Source of the DNA: Octopus sinensis
Lineage: Eukaryota
DNA length: 64,000 bases
Direction: 5' to 3'
NCBI RefSeq assembly: GCF_006345805.1
Contig: NC_043009.1
Location: 806,001-870,000 of the forward strand
In this document: piece by piece, positions 12,958-25,748 of the stretch
How the letters are laid out: the number at the start of each line of letters is the position of its first letter
Position numbering within the stretch: the stretch's first letter is position 1
The notes under the pieces: generated by a model
What the model was told of the DNA's origin: nothing
Databases searched by the model: none
Seen by the model: only the letters and a program-made list of their open reading frames with translations
Position numbers and translations under genes: made by a program

Positions 12958-14769
12958 AATACAAATAGCTACAGGGGTCAAGCTGCTGTCAGGTAATGAA
13001 GGTTCGGAGAGGGTCATAGCCCAACTAATTAGAGAGAGTTAGTTTGATGAGATGCAGTTTGGGTTCGTGCCAGGGAAAAGTACTACTGATGCTATATTCC
13101 TTGTAAGACAGCTGCAGGAGAAATACCTAGCCAAAGACAAGCCCCTGTACCTGGCTTTTGTTGACATGGAGAAAGCCTTCGATAGGGTCCCCGATCCTTT
13201 ATCTGGTGGTCAATGAGGAGGAAACTAGGGATAGATGAATGGTTAGTGGAGCTGCTGTGAGCCATGTACAGAGACGCTGCTAGTAAGGTGAGGGTTGGCA
13301 ACGAGAGTACAGTGAAGAATTCCGGGTAGAGGTGGGGTCCACCAAGGTTCAGTCCTCAGTCCCCTCCTATTTATCATAGTCCTCCAGGCAATAACAGAGG
13401 AATTCAAGACAGGATGCCCCTGGGAGCTCCTCTATGCTGATGACCTTGCTCTAATTGCTGAGTCACTATCAGAACTGGAGAAGTTTTAGGTGTGGAAGCA
13501 AGGATTAGAATCGAAGGGCCTTAGAGTCAACCTAGCTAAAACCAAAGTCCTAATAAGTAGGAAGGTAGACAAGTCACAAACGACTTCAGGTAGATGGCCT
13601 TGCTCGATCTGTAGAAAAGGCGTAGGTAGAAACTCTATAAGATGTACCAAGTGTAAGCTATGGACACATAAGAGGTGCAGCAATGTCAAAGGAAGGCTAA
13701 CTAGGAAAATAGTTTTTGTCTGTGGCAGATGCTCAGGAGCAATAAATACTGAAAATGTGCAGAGACCAACGTCTACCACATTCCAGGAAGAAAAACTAGA
13801 AGTAGTTGATAGCTTCCGCTACCTAGGTGACCAAGTCAGTAGCGGGGGTGGGTGTGCTGAAAGTGTAACTGCTAGAGTAAGAATAGCCTGGGCAAAGTTT
13901 AGAGAGCTCTTACCTGCTGGTGACAGAGGCTCTCGCTCAGAGTAAAGGCAGACTGTATGATGCATGTGTACGAACAGCCATGCTACATGGTAGTGAAACA
14001 TGGGCTGTGACTGCTGAGGATATGCGTAAGCTCGCAAGAAATGAAGCAAGTATGCTCCAATGGATGTGTAATGTCAGTGTTCATACCCGACAGAGTGTAA
14101 GTACCTCGAGAGAAAAGTTGGACCTAAGAAGCATCAGTTGTGGTGTGCAAGAGAGACGATTGCGCTGGTATGGTCATATGACGAGAATGGCTGAAGATAG
14201 TTGTGTGAAAAAGTGCCACACCCTAGCAGTTGAGGGAACCTGTGGAGAGGTAGACCCAGGAAAACCTGGGACGAGGTGGTGAAGCACGACCTTCGAACTT
14301 TAGGGTCTCACCAAGGAAATGACTAGAGACCGAGACCTATGGAAGTATGCTGTGCGTGAGAAGACCTGGCAGGACTAGTGAGACCATAACCCGTGGCCAC
14401 TACTTGGGATGTAGCCAGTCGACTTATGCATACCTTTCCTTCTTGGGACACAAAACTCCACTTGTGAAGTCGATCAACATCAATGGAAATTGCAGCTGTG
14501 ATACCAGTGCTGGTGGCACATAAGAGAACCATCCGATCGTAGCCGTTGCCAGTGCCACCCCGACTGGCCTCCGTTTGCCAGCCCCGTCTGGTACATAAAA
14601 AGCATCCACTACACTCACGGAGTGGTTGGCGTTAGGAAGGGCATCAAGCCGTAGAAACATTGCCAGGTCAGACTGGGCCTGGTGCAGCCTTCTGGCTTCC
14701 CAGACCCGTTGAACCGTCCAACTCATGCTATCATGGAAAGCGGACGCTAAATGATGATGATGATGATGA
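12958..14769 (+). mobile_element. 5'-truncated RTE-clade LINE (frameshifted RT, 3' UTR and (GAT)n tail)
   Basis: QFGFVPGKSTTDAIFLVRQLQEKY, AFVDMEKAFDRVP, HQGSVLSPLLF, LLYADDL (YADD at 13433-13444), [22 protein letters not shown]; several frameshifts. Confidence 0.92.
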
Positions 14770-15008
14770 TATATATGTGTGTGTGTGTGTATGTTTATAC
14801 ACAGACACACACACACAACAGGCTTCTTTTAGTTTCCATCTACCAAATCCACTCACAAGGCTTTGGTCAACTCAAGACTATAGTAGAAGACACTTGCCAA
14901 AAGTGCCACACAGTGCACACAGCTATACATACGCCTATAGTGTATATAATAGATTATATAAATGACAGCAGGTTATTAGTATTACTATACCTAAGTGAAA
15001 TACATATA

Positions 15009-15365
15009 ATTGAAATTTATAGAAAAACAAAAGACAAAGACAGGTGTATGAACAACAAGCAAGTGTATTAGTTTTGACACTCAGGGAAAATGGAAAAATC
15101 TTCTGCATTTTGAAAATGGAAAAGTCTTCTACGCTCTTCAACAGAAAGGAATAAGAGAAAATCAACAGAGAGAGAATGAAAAAATGGTATGCTGCACCAG
15201 TGAAATCTACAAGTTCTTTTTCATTTTTTTCATTCACTCTCTGCTTATTTTCTCTTTCTATTGAAGAGTATAAGCTCAAAACAAAAGACTCTTCCATTTT
15301 TCCTGAGCATCAAACTTGCTTATTCTGATACCCCTGTCTTCATCATTTGTTTCTCTATAAATCTC
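15009..15365. mobile_element. Decayed inverted-repeat element, Penelope-like terminal repeat
   Basis: Arms ~15009-15100 and ~15290-15365 are reverse complements (GAAATTTATAGAAAAACAAA...CTCAGGGAAAATGGAA vs TTCCATTTTTCCTGAG...TTTGTTTCTCTATAAATCTC); hammerhead-like relic at 15261-15282. Confidence 0.5.
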
Positions 15366-15599
15366 AACTCTCTGTTATCTGCTCACGTAGTTCTCCCTGT
15401 TTGATCCTGATTGAATTTGCTACTCTGTGGACTTGCATGTCTGAACCACTCCTCAAACTCTCAGCACCTCTCCTCATTCACACACCAGCACTCCACCGGG
15501 ATTACCACTGGATCGACTGACTCTACCTTCACGGAGTTCACTACTTTTATATATATGATATATAATATATATATATATATATATATACACACTCACAGG

Positions 15600-15955
15600 T
15601 GCAGGCATGGCTATATGATATGGTTCCAGGTTCAATCCACTGCATGACACTTTGGGCTAGTGTCTTCTACTATAGCCCTGGGCCGACCAAAGCCTTGAGT
15701 AGATTTGGTTGAAAGAAACTGAAAGAAGCCTGTTGTGTGTGTGTCTCTTTGTGCTTGTTTCCCACCACCACTTAACAACCAGTGTTGGTTTGCTTACATC
15801 CTCATAATTTAGTTGTTTGGCAAAAGAGACTGATAGAGTAAGTACCAGGCTTTAGAAATAAAAATAAGCACTGCAATCAATTTGTTTGACTAAAACTCCT
15901 CAAATCGGTGCCCCAGCATGGCCACAGTTCAATGACTGAAACAAGTAAAAGATTT
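15600..15955 (+). mobile_element. SINE family A
   Basis: GGTTCCAGGTTCAATCC, GTGTCTTCTACTATAGCC and CCCCAGCATGGCCACAG...GAAACAAGTAAAAGA motifs. Confidence 0.8.
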
Positions 15956-15999
15956 AAAACTACACACACTCATGCACACACATCTTATATATATATATA

Positions 16000-16412
16000 T
16001 ACTCTTTTACTTGTTTCAGTCATTTGGCTGCGGCCATGCTGGAGCACCACCTTTAGTCGAGCAAATCAACCCCAGGGCTTATTCTTTGTAAGCTCAGTAC
16101 TTATTCTATCAGTCTCTCTTGCCGAACCGCTAAGTTACAGAGACGTAAACACACCAGCATCAGTTGTCAAGCGATGTTGGGGGTACAAACACCGACACAC
16201 AAACATATACACACACACATACATATATATATAAATATATATGTATACAATGGGCTTCTTTCAGTTTCCGTCTTATAAATCCACTCACAAGGCTTTGGTC
16301 GGCCTGAGGCTATAGTAGAAGACACTTGCCCAAGGTGCCACGCAGTGAGACTGAACCCGGAACCATGTGGTTCGTAAGCAAGCTACTTACCACACAGCCA
16401 CTCCTACGCCTA
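16000..16412 (-). mobile_element. SINE family A, near full length
   Basis: Minus strand GGCGTAGGAGTGGCTGTGTGGTAAG...GGTTCCGGGTTCAGTCTC (A/B-box-like) ... central (TA/TG)n ... tail. Confidence 0.88.
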
Positions 16413-17044
16413 TATATATAAATATATGTATTTTATGTATATAGTGTGTAAGCATGTGCATGTGTGTATATAGATCAATAGATATGTTTGCATATATATG
16501 TGTGTGTGTGTGTGTGCTTACAAACATGCACATATATGTTATCATTCACACTCATACACACCAGCATGCACATAAACACACAGCACACAAAGCACGCACA
16601 AACAAATACGTGCACACATCATATATTAAAAAATAAAACTGTTTCCCCTCTTCCTCGTTCATTCAATCCCTGCTGCACCAGACAGAACTTCTTGGTTTTA
16701 ATAATGAAAACAATCTTTGCTTTGTTTGACTGATTGCTTGTTAGTTAGTTAGTTATTTAATTAATCAGTTAGTTTTAATTAAATGTGCTGTTGAGCATGC
16801 CTCTATCTGTAACATTTATATCACATCAGTAATGGTTATATATATATATATATATATATTGAAAAAAATTTTGAATAACAAAAAAAATTATATAAATAAT
16901 TCAATAAATAAACAAATGATTGTTTGCATGAATTACATTAGGTGAAAGTTGTAGACACAGAGAAAAAGGAGAGATAGAGAGAGAGAGAGAGAGTGAGACA
17001 GGTGTGTCTAATTGCTATCATCATCATTATTATCATCATCATCA

Positions 17045-17089
17045 TCATAATGCTTCCAAATCGACATGTCGTAAGTCAGGATAATGTGT
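17045..17089 (-). CDS. SLC30A9: SLC30A9 last coding exon: [14 protein letters not shown]
   Basis: Acceptor tttatttctttccAG, 45 nt to TGA, RHVDLE terminal motif. Confidence 0.92.
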   Translation of the reverse strand, partial: THYPDLRHVDLEAL

Positions 17090-20000
17090 CTGGAAAGAAA
17101 TAAAAAAAAAATTTAATGCATTGATTTAAAAATGGTTCAGAAAAATTTCTGGAAAATATTTTGAGATTTTCATGATTTTTCTCTTTTTTATTTCTATTTT
17201 GCTATTCTATTTTGCTTATTTTTATTTCTAAAACCTGGTACTTACTATAACATTTAGCTTCTGCTAAATGTCATATGTATACATAAGATCACAAAGAAAA
17301 ATGGTCAAGAATCTATACATACACATACATGCACACAAATGGACAAGCACTTACATACACACATAATAGTGAGACATTGTGGGAACCCTGCAAGAATGAA
17401 TGAATAAATAGCCAGATATATACATATAAGTGATTGGACACTGCACCATCGTCATCATTTAACATCTGGTTTCCATGCTGGCATGGGTTAGACAATTTGA
17501 TTGGAACTGGTGAGCCAGAGTGCTGCACCAGGCTCCAGTCTGTTTTGGCTTGATTTCTACAACTGGATGTCCTTCTTAACACCAACCACTCCATGTCAAT
17601 GGCACCTTTTGTGTCACTGGCACAGGTGCTTTTTATATGTCACCAGCACAGGTGCCTTTCATGTGTCACCAGCACTGGCTACAACTATGACGTCACTCAA
17701 CTTGACATGTTTTCTCATGTACATATTTCCATATATTATGGCATGTATTTAGTAACATAGTATGAGATATGGAATAAGTGTCATCCGCTTAGAGAAACAA
17801 TTGTAATCTCAATTTGACTTCTCCTTTCCTCTCTTGCCCTTTTAGCATTTAAACCAACCACATCCAGCCAAAGTATTCTACCTGTTTTAGGNNNNNNNNN
17901 NNNNNNNNNNNNNNNNNNNNNNNNNNNNNNNNNNNNNNNNNNNNNNNNNNNNNNNNNNNNNNNNNNNNNNNNNNNNNNNNNNNNNNNNNNNCCAAAACAG
18001 AAACTAGAACCTAGAAGACAAGCCTCGCCCTGGAAGATCTGTAGAGCTTGACGAGGACATCCTGCAAACCCAGGTGACACAAAATCCCGTCGTAACTGGT
18101 AAGGAACTAGCAGATCAGTCAACCATTCATCGACACCAGCACAAGAAGAAAAACAACCATCTTTGGTTTCAAGACGAAAGGTGTTCTTCCATCAGGATAA
18201 TGCTCGCCCACATACAGAGAGGATGACATTCCAAAGGCTGGAGCAGTTTGAATGGGAGGTGATGCCCCACCCACCATATTCGCCGAACATTGCCCAATCT
18301 GATTATCATTTATTCCGCAGTCTTCAAAATCATTTGGATGGAAAGGATACAAATTCAGAATGTACTAGGTGCAGAATGTACTAGGCGGTGAGCTGGCAGA
18401 ATCATTAGCATGCTGGGCGAAATGCTTAGTGGTATTTCGTCTGCCACTATGTTCTGAGTTCAAATTCCGCTGAGGTCGACTTTGCCTTTCATCCTTTCGG
18501 GGTCGATAAATTAAGTACCAGTTATGCACTGGAGTCGATGTAATTGACTTAATCCATTTGTCTGTCTTTGTTTGTCCCTTCTGTCTGTAACCCCTTGTGG
18601 GCAGTAAAGAAATAAGATTGTACTAGGTGCATTTTTTGTGATACCAACACTAGTGAAATTACCCACAATGCAACACTTCCTCAACTGAGTTGGGTATAAT
18701 ATTGAGGGATATGAAAAATGGAATCCCTACATGTGGGATTCAGTACTAACGACAGTCTGAAACATCACCACCACCACCACCATCACTATCATAAACCCCT
18801 CAGTCCTGTCCCTTACCTTCAGTTTCTTCTCAATCCTGTCCACTTCCTCACCAAGCGTATCGATGATGCGCTCACCATGCATAAGAAGGAAATTTTCTGC
18901 ATCGTCGGTTTTCTTCAAATTTTGCATTTCCTAAAAAACAAGTGAAAGAAAATAATTTTTTATAGGCTTTAATTACAATTAACAACTTTCAGGAAAGAAA
19001 TTAATCAGCAAATTCTTTACGCGTGGATATGAAGGGAAGATTTGCAATGCTGCATGGCAGTGAGACATGGGGCCTGAATGCAGAGAACATGCAAAGCTGG
19101 TATGCTCTGCTGGATATGCAATGTCAGTGTGCATGTGCAACAGAGCATTGGTGTATTGAGAGAGTAGATGAACATCAGAGGAACCATATGCAGTGTGCAA
19201 GAGAGGAGACTTCGCTGGTTTGGTGATGTAATGCAGACGGATGAGGACAGCCACATAAAGAAGTGCCGATCACTTAAAGTGGAGAGAAGTTCTGATGATG
19301 GTGCTATGTAAAATGCATGCAGTACACTCTTTGGGGTGGTTGGCATCAGGAAGGGCATCCAGTCGTAGAAACCAAACCAAAACTGACTATAGAACTGGAT
19401 GCAGACCCTGGCCTTGCCAGAACCTATCGAGTCATCTAACCCATGCCAGCATGGAAAACGGATGTTAAGTGATGATGTTGATATAATTATCATTACTTCA
19501 GAAAGACAATACATCACCATCATTTAATATCCACCTTTCCATGTTTGCACGGGTCAAACAGAATTTGCTGAGGCAGGTTTTCTGCTACCACCTGCTCCTT
19601 TGTATTGCCAACCTTCACTGGTTAAAATAAGAAAAAATTTAATGAAAAAAACAAAAAAAAAAACAATCTCTCACTATGTTTTATGTAAAGACTATGTGAC
19701 TGGTTTGTGTAAACATTGTTGAATATAGAGGCAGAGGAGTGGCTGTGTGGTAAGTAGCTTGCTTCCCAACCACACAGTTCCAAGTTCAATCCCACTGCAT
19801 AGGCAAGTGTCATCTACTATAGCCTCAGGTTGACCAAAGCCTTGTGAGTGGATTTGGTAGATGGAAACTGAAAGAAGCCTATTGTGTGTGTGTTTGTCAT
19901 GTTTATGTTTGTCCCCAGTCGCTGCTTGACAACCGGTGTTGGTTTATTCATGTCCCTGTAACTTAGCTGTTTGGCAAAAGGGGCTGATAGAATAAATACC

Positions 20001-21788
20001 AGGCTTAAAAAAAGAGTAACTGGGGGCAATTTGTTTGACTAAACACTTTAAGGCAGTGCCCCAGCATGGCCACCACAGCCTAATATGATAGAGAGAGGTA
20101 AAAGATAAAAGATGCTAGGCATGGAGGGAAGAGACCAGCCTGTCTCTCTTAACCACTAGGTCCACTACCACCACCACCACCACCACCACCACCATGCTCC
20201 CATAACCTAAACTAACACTACTACCAGGCTAACCCTTCTTACTGCCACTTTAACCACCACAACTACTACCACTACCTCCAACATCACCTCATTGAAACCA
20301 CTACTACCACCACTCCGGAAAAAAAACCATTACACTAACAACTACCACACCAGCACCACTACACCAACCACCACCCCAACTGCTATTATTATTACCACTA
20401 CCACCACCACCACCACCACCACAAACAACCAACCAATACGCCATTATCACGACCACCCTTACTGCTACTATCTACACCACTACCACCCTAACCACAACCA
20501 AAGCCACCTAGTGAAAAAAAACAAATGTTGTTATTTGCAATGAGCAATGGAGGACATTGTTTTGGCTGAGTGACTGCATCAGGGAAACATTTCTTTCGAT
20601 TAATAAATAATGTATGGAATGTAATATGAAATAACCTGCTTGCATATAATGTACTTTAAATTATCTGACATTACTACCACCACCGCCACTACTAACTACC
20701 ACCACTACTACTAATAATAATAATATTACTATCGTTAACATCACCACCTTCTATTGCTGCTACCACCACACCACCACCACCACTGTCTATTGCTGCTACC
20801 ACTACCATCACGTCTCTATTGCTACCACCACCACCACCACCACCACCACCGTCTATTGCTACCACCACTACCATCACGTCTCTATTGCTACCACCACTAC
20901 CATCACGTCTCTATTGCTACCACCACCACCACCGTCTATTGCTACCACCACCACTACCATCACGTCTCTATTGCTACCACCACCACTACCATCACATCTC
21001 TATTGCTACCACCACCACCACCACCACCACCGTCTATTGCTACCACCACCACTACCATCACGTCTCTATTGCTACCACCACCACTACCATCACATCTCTA
21101 TTGCTACCACCACCACCACCACCACCGTCTATTGCTACCACCACCACCACCACCACCATCTATTGCTACCACCACCATCTATTGCTACCACCACCACCGC
21201 CACCGTCTATTGCTACCACCACCACTACCATCACGTCTCTATTGCTACCACCACCACCACTGTCTATTGCTGCCACTACCAACAACAATGCTACTACTAC
21301 TATTACTAATATCTATTTAAACTTTGGCACAAGGCCAGCAATTTCAGGGAGTGGGGTAAGTCGACTGCATCAACCCTAGAGTGCAGCTGGTATTTATGCC
21401 ACCAAGCATTTTGCTTGGCAATGATTCTGCCGCTAATTATATTGCACTTTAAATTATCTAACATCACCACCACCACCACCCAACACCACCACCACCCAAC
21501 ACCACTACTATCCAACACCATCACTGCCACCACCACCACTAACACCACTACCACTTCTACCATCACCACTACCCCAACAACATCACCATCACCAATACCT
21601 CTATCATCACCACTACCACCCAACACTACCACCATCACTACCATCACCATCACTGCTACCATCATCCCGACCATCATCACCACCCCTACCAACACCACCG
21701 CTGCCTGCTGCCATTATTTTCATCGATGTTGCAAACAAAAAAAAAGAACTCTTAACCTCACAAAATACCAAAAACTATTCAGATGTGT

Positions 21789-21822
<34 letters not shown>

Positions 21823-22968
21823 GAGGAGGAGGAGGAGGCTGGCAGAGTCGTTAGCAGACCAGGAAAATGCATCCATCTTTACATTCTGAGTTCAAATACT
21901 ATTAAAGTTGATTTTGCTTTTCATCATTTGTTTTTTTGTGGTGGGGGTATCAATGTAATCGACTTACCCTGCTACCCCCCCACCCACCCAAAACTGCAGG
22001 CCTTGTGCAAAAATCTGAAACCAATATTATTCAGATTTTTACAGAAGACAAAAAAGGAACCAGTTAAGTTCAGTAAAGTAATGCAATTCTATATTTAAGA
22101 GATGAGGTATTATTAGGTTGTCCCAAAAGTTCGTAAACACTTGCGAAAATTGAATTTTTATTCGCCAAGTACTAACAAAAACAACAAAAATTATTCCTCA
22201 AAATAAAGACCATTATTTTCCAAGACTTTCTATGAACTTTTGGGACAACCTTATATTTACATTATTTACAGTTGACGGATATTTGTCCGCATCTTGTTGG
22301 TCGTTATGCCCATGGGCATATGGCAAAGTGGTTAAGAGCACAGGCTACTAACCCCAAGATTCTGAGTTTGATTCCAGGCAGTGACATTAACAATAATAAT
22401 AATGACAACAAAAAATACCTTAGGAATGAGAGTTCAGGTTTGAAATTTCCCCAAGTTACCTGATGAAGGCTGGAGGGTCTATCAGCCGAAGCATTGTGTT
22501 AACAGCAAACAAGATGAGGACAAATATCAGTCAAATGTAAATAATGTTCTGTAAGGTAACACTATACAGTATACAGAGAGAGAGACAGAGACAGAGAGAG
22601 ACAGACAGAGAGAGACAGACAGACAGACAGAGAGACAGAGAGAGACAGAGAGACACAGAGAGAGACAGACACAGAGAGAGACAGAGAGAGAGACAGACAG
22701 AGAGAGACAGAGAGAGAGACAGACAGAGAGAGACAGACAGAGAGAGAGACAGACAGACAGAGAGACAGACAGAGAGAGAGACAGACAGAGACAGACAGAG
22801 AGAGACAGACAGAGAGAGAGACAGACAGAGAGAGAGACAGACAGAGAGACAGACAGACAGAGAGACAGACAGAGAGAGACAGACAGAGACAGACAGACAG
22901 AGACAGACAGAGAGACAGACAGAGAGAGACAGAGAGAGAGACAGACAGAGAGAGAGAGAGAGACAGAC

Positions 22969-23001
<33 letters not shown>

Positions 23002-23169
23002 CAGAGAGAGAGAGAGAATATTGAGTACTGTAACATACTATATCAAAGGGAGACCATCAAAATTACAGTATGATAACACTATAAAGGGTAGGAGAAGTTT
23101 TGGCCTCGTCATTTTAATGCCACTCATCTGGCCTGGCTGATGTGAGGCTGACTTGTTTGACATCAGACA

Positions 23170-23207
<38 letters not shown>

Positions 23208-25717
23208 ACATGTGTGTTTACATTTCGCTATGTGTATGAGGAGCAGGAAAGTGTTTAGATGAAGGTGCAGTCAGTTAATAAATTGTAAGAATAAAGCAAA
23301 AAATGGGGGGCAAGCTGGTAGAATCGTTAGCAAGCTGGACTAAATGCTTGGCAGTATTTTGTCTGTCTGTGTGTTGTCGGCTTAAATTCCACCAAGGCCA
23401 AGCTTTGCTTTTCAGCCTTTGGGGAGGGGGAGGGGCTAGCCACTGGATCAGTGTAATCGACTAGACCCCCTCCCCACCTAGAAAAAATCTTGGGGCCTTG
23501 CACCTATAGTAGAAAAGAAAGAAGAGAAGAAAAGGAATTAATAACCTATCTCACTTCCTCTGTGTGTGTGTGTGTGTGTGTGTTTGCCTCCAGTGGCAAA
23601 AAGTACAACTGACCAAAACAGGCTGACCGTCCAATTATCAGCATCCGAACAGTTCCACCCAATTGTCCCTTTCCAACTGGAACATTATTTAGGGAGAATA
23701 ACTGATTTCAAGTTTTGGCACAAGGCCAGCAATTGCAGGAGCTTAGGCTAAGTTGATTAAATTGACCTCAGGGTTCAACTAGCATTCATTTTATCGACCC
23801 TGAAAGGATAAAAAGCAAAGTCAACCTCAGTGGAATTTGAACTCAGAACATGAAGTCGGATGAAATGCAGCTAAGCATTTCGCCTAGCATGCTAACAATT
23901 TGGCCAGCTTCTAGAGAGAACATATAAGATCAGTAAGATGTAGTATATAGAAAGAAAAGTTAAATATTCTTTTCTACTCTAGGGACAAGGCCTGAAATTT
24001 TGGGGGAGGGAGCCAGTCAATTAGATCGACCCCAGTAAGTAACTGGTACTTAATTTATCAACCCCGAAAGGATGAAAGGCAAAGTCGACGTTGACGGAAT
24101 TTGAACCCAGAACATAAAGACAAACAAAATACCGCTAAGCATTTCACCAGTGTGCTAACATTTCAGCCAGTTTGCCACCTTAGAGCAGTTAAATGTTATA
24201 ACACTGTTTATAGAACAAAGGGAGACTAGCTACGTTAGAGCTGTCCCTTTTAGCCTGGAGTCGCCCCTATAGGGCCCAGCATTCAAAGATCATGCGACCG
24301 GCAGCGGCCACAATTACCATTTCACAGGTGCCATTTACATGACATTGGCAACGGCGATGACTACAGTTACACTTGGCTTATTTCTTTACTGCCCACAAGG
24401 GGCTACACACAGAGGGGACAAACAAGGGGATTATGTCAATTATATCGACCCCAGTGCGTAACTGGTACTTATTTAATCGCCCTCGAAAGGATGAAAGGCA
24501 AAGTCGACCTGGGCGGAATTTGAACTCAGAACGTAGCGGCAGACGAAATAACGCTAAGCATTTCACCCAGTGTGCTAATGTTTTTGCCAGCTCACTCCCT
24601 TACAGTGGACACTTGGCTGGACAAGTCTTCTCAAGTACAGCATATTGCCATGGTTTCGGTCACTTGTCACTGCCTCCATAAGTCCAGCATTCGAGGATCA
24701 TGCTTCACCACCTCGCCAGTTAAAATTAGTAAGGTAACACAATAGAATACATAAAGGGAGACCAGTTAAATACTGCAACACAGGGAGTTCAGTTAAGATT
24801 ATTAAAGTATCAGCACTGTACAGAAAGCGACACCAATTCAGTTCATGACCAATTCAGTTCATGACCAATTCAGTTCATGACCAATTCAGTTCATGACCAC
24901 TTTGGGGGTTTTTCAGTTTGTATTTCTAAGACTAAATTATCTAATCTATCTTTTATCTTGTTTCAGTCATTTGACTGCGGTCATGCTGGGGCACTGCCCT
25001 CAAAGGTTTTAGTTGAACAAATCAATCCTAGGACTTATTTTTTAAGCCTAGCAGTTATTCCATCGAGATCTTTTGCTGAACTGCTAAGTTACAGGGACAT
25101 AAACACACCAACAAGTTGTCAAGGAGTACAAACAAAGACACACACACACATACATATATCTATTATATAAAATGCATTCTGTCTGTCTGTCTGTGTGTGT
25201 GGCTTCTAGGATCTCGGGCATCCTCCATTCGATTGCGCTCAAATTTGATATATAGATACCGACGGTATCAGGGCATGTATAAGTCTTGAAAAAATTACAA
25301 AAATCGGTTCCAGATGAGAATGCGATCGATAAAACCATGGGAAAGTGCATTTGTACATACAAGTACATCAGCTGTTGCAATCGATACTATGCATACGCGA
25401 GAAAAATGCACGTGCAGTTTGCACAAAAAAAGCCGGCTGGCTTGAAATAATGGCACAAAATGCAGAATATTTAAGAGAGCAAAAAGGTAAGATGCAAAAG
25501 AGATATTTTCTTCAAACTTGGCAGGAAGGAAGGAAAGACTATTTGGTTTCTTGAGAAGTTTTTTTTTTTGCCTTAACTTTGTTTAACAATACCAAAAATT
25601 TTTTTGAAATAAAGGCATGCTTAATTATTTTTTAATGAAAAAAAAAACACTGATTGCTTTTTATTCAGCAGATATGATTCAGCACCATCCACTGGACGGG
25701 GGGTGGGGGGTTTTGCT

Positions 25718-25748
<31 letters not shown>

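Noticed and set aside
22315-22385. tRNA gene
   Set aside because: A and B boxes are present but the acceptor and anticodon stems do not pair; it is a SINE-type head.
20754-23140. Long Pro/Thr/His-rich and RQRETD-repeat ORFs
   Set aside because: Translations of (ACC)n and (GA/GACA)n simple repeats, antisense within an SLC30A9 intron.
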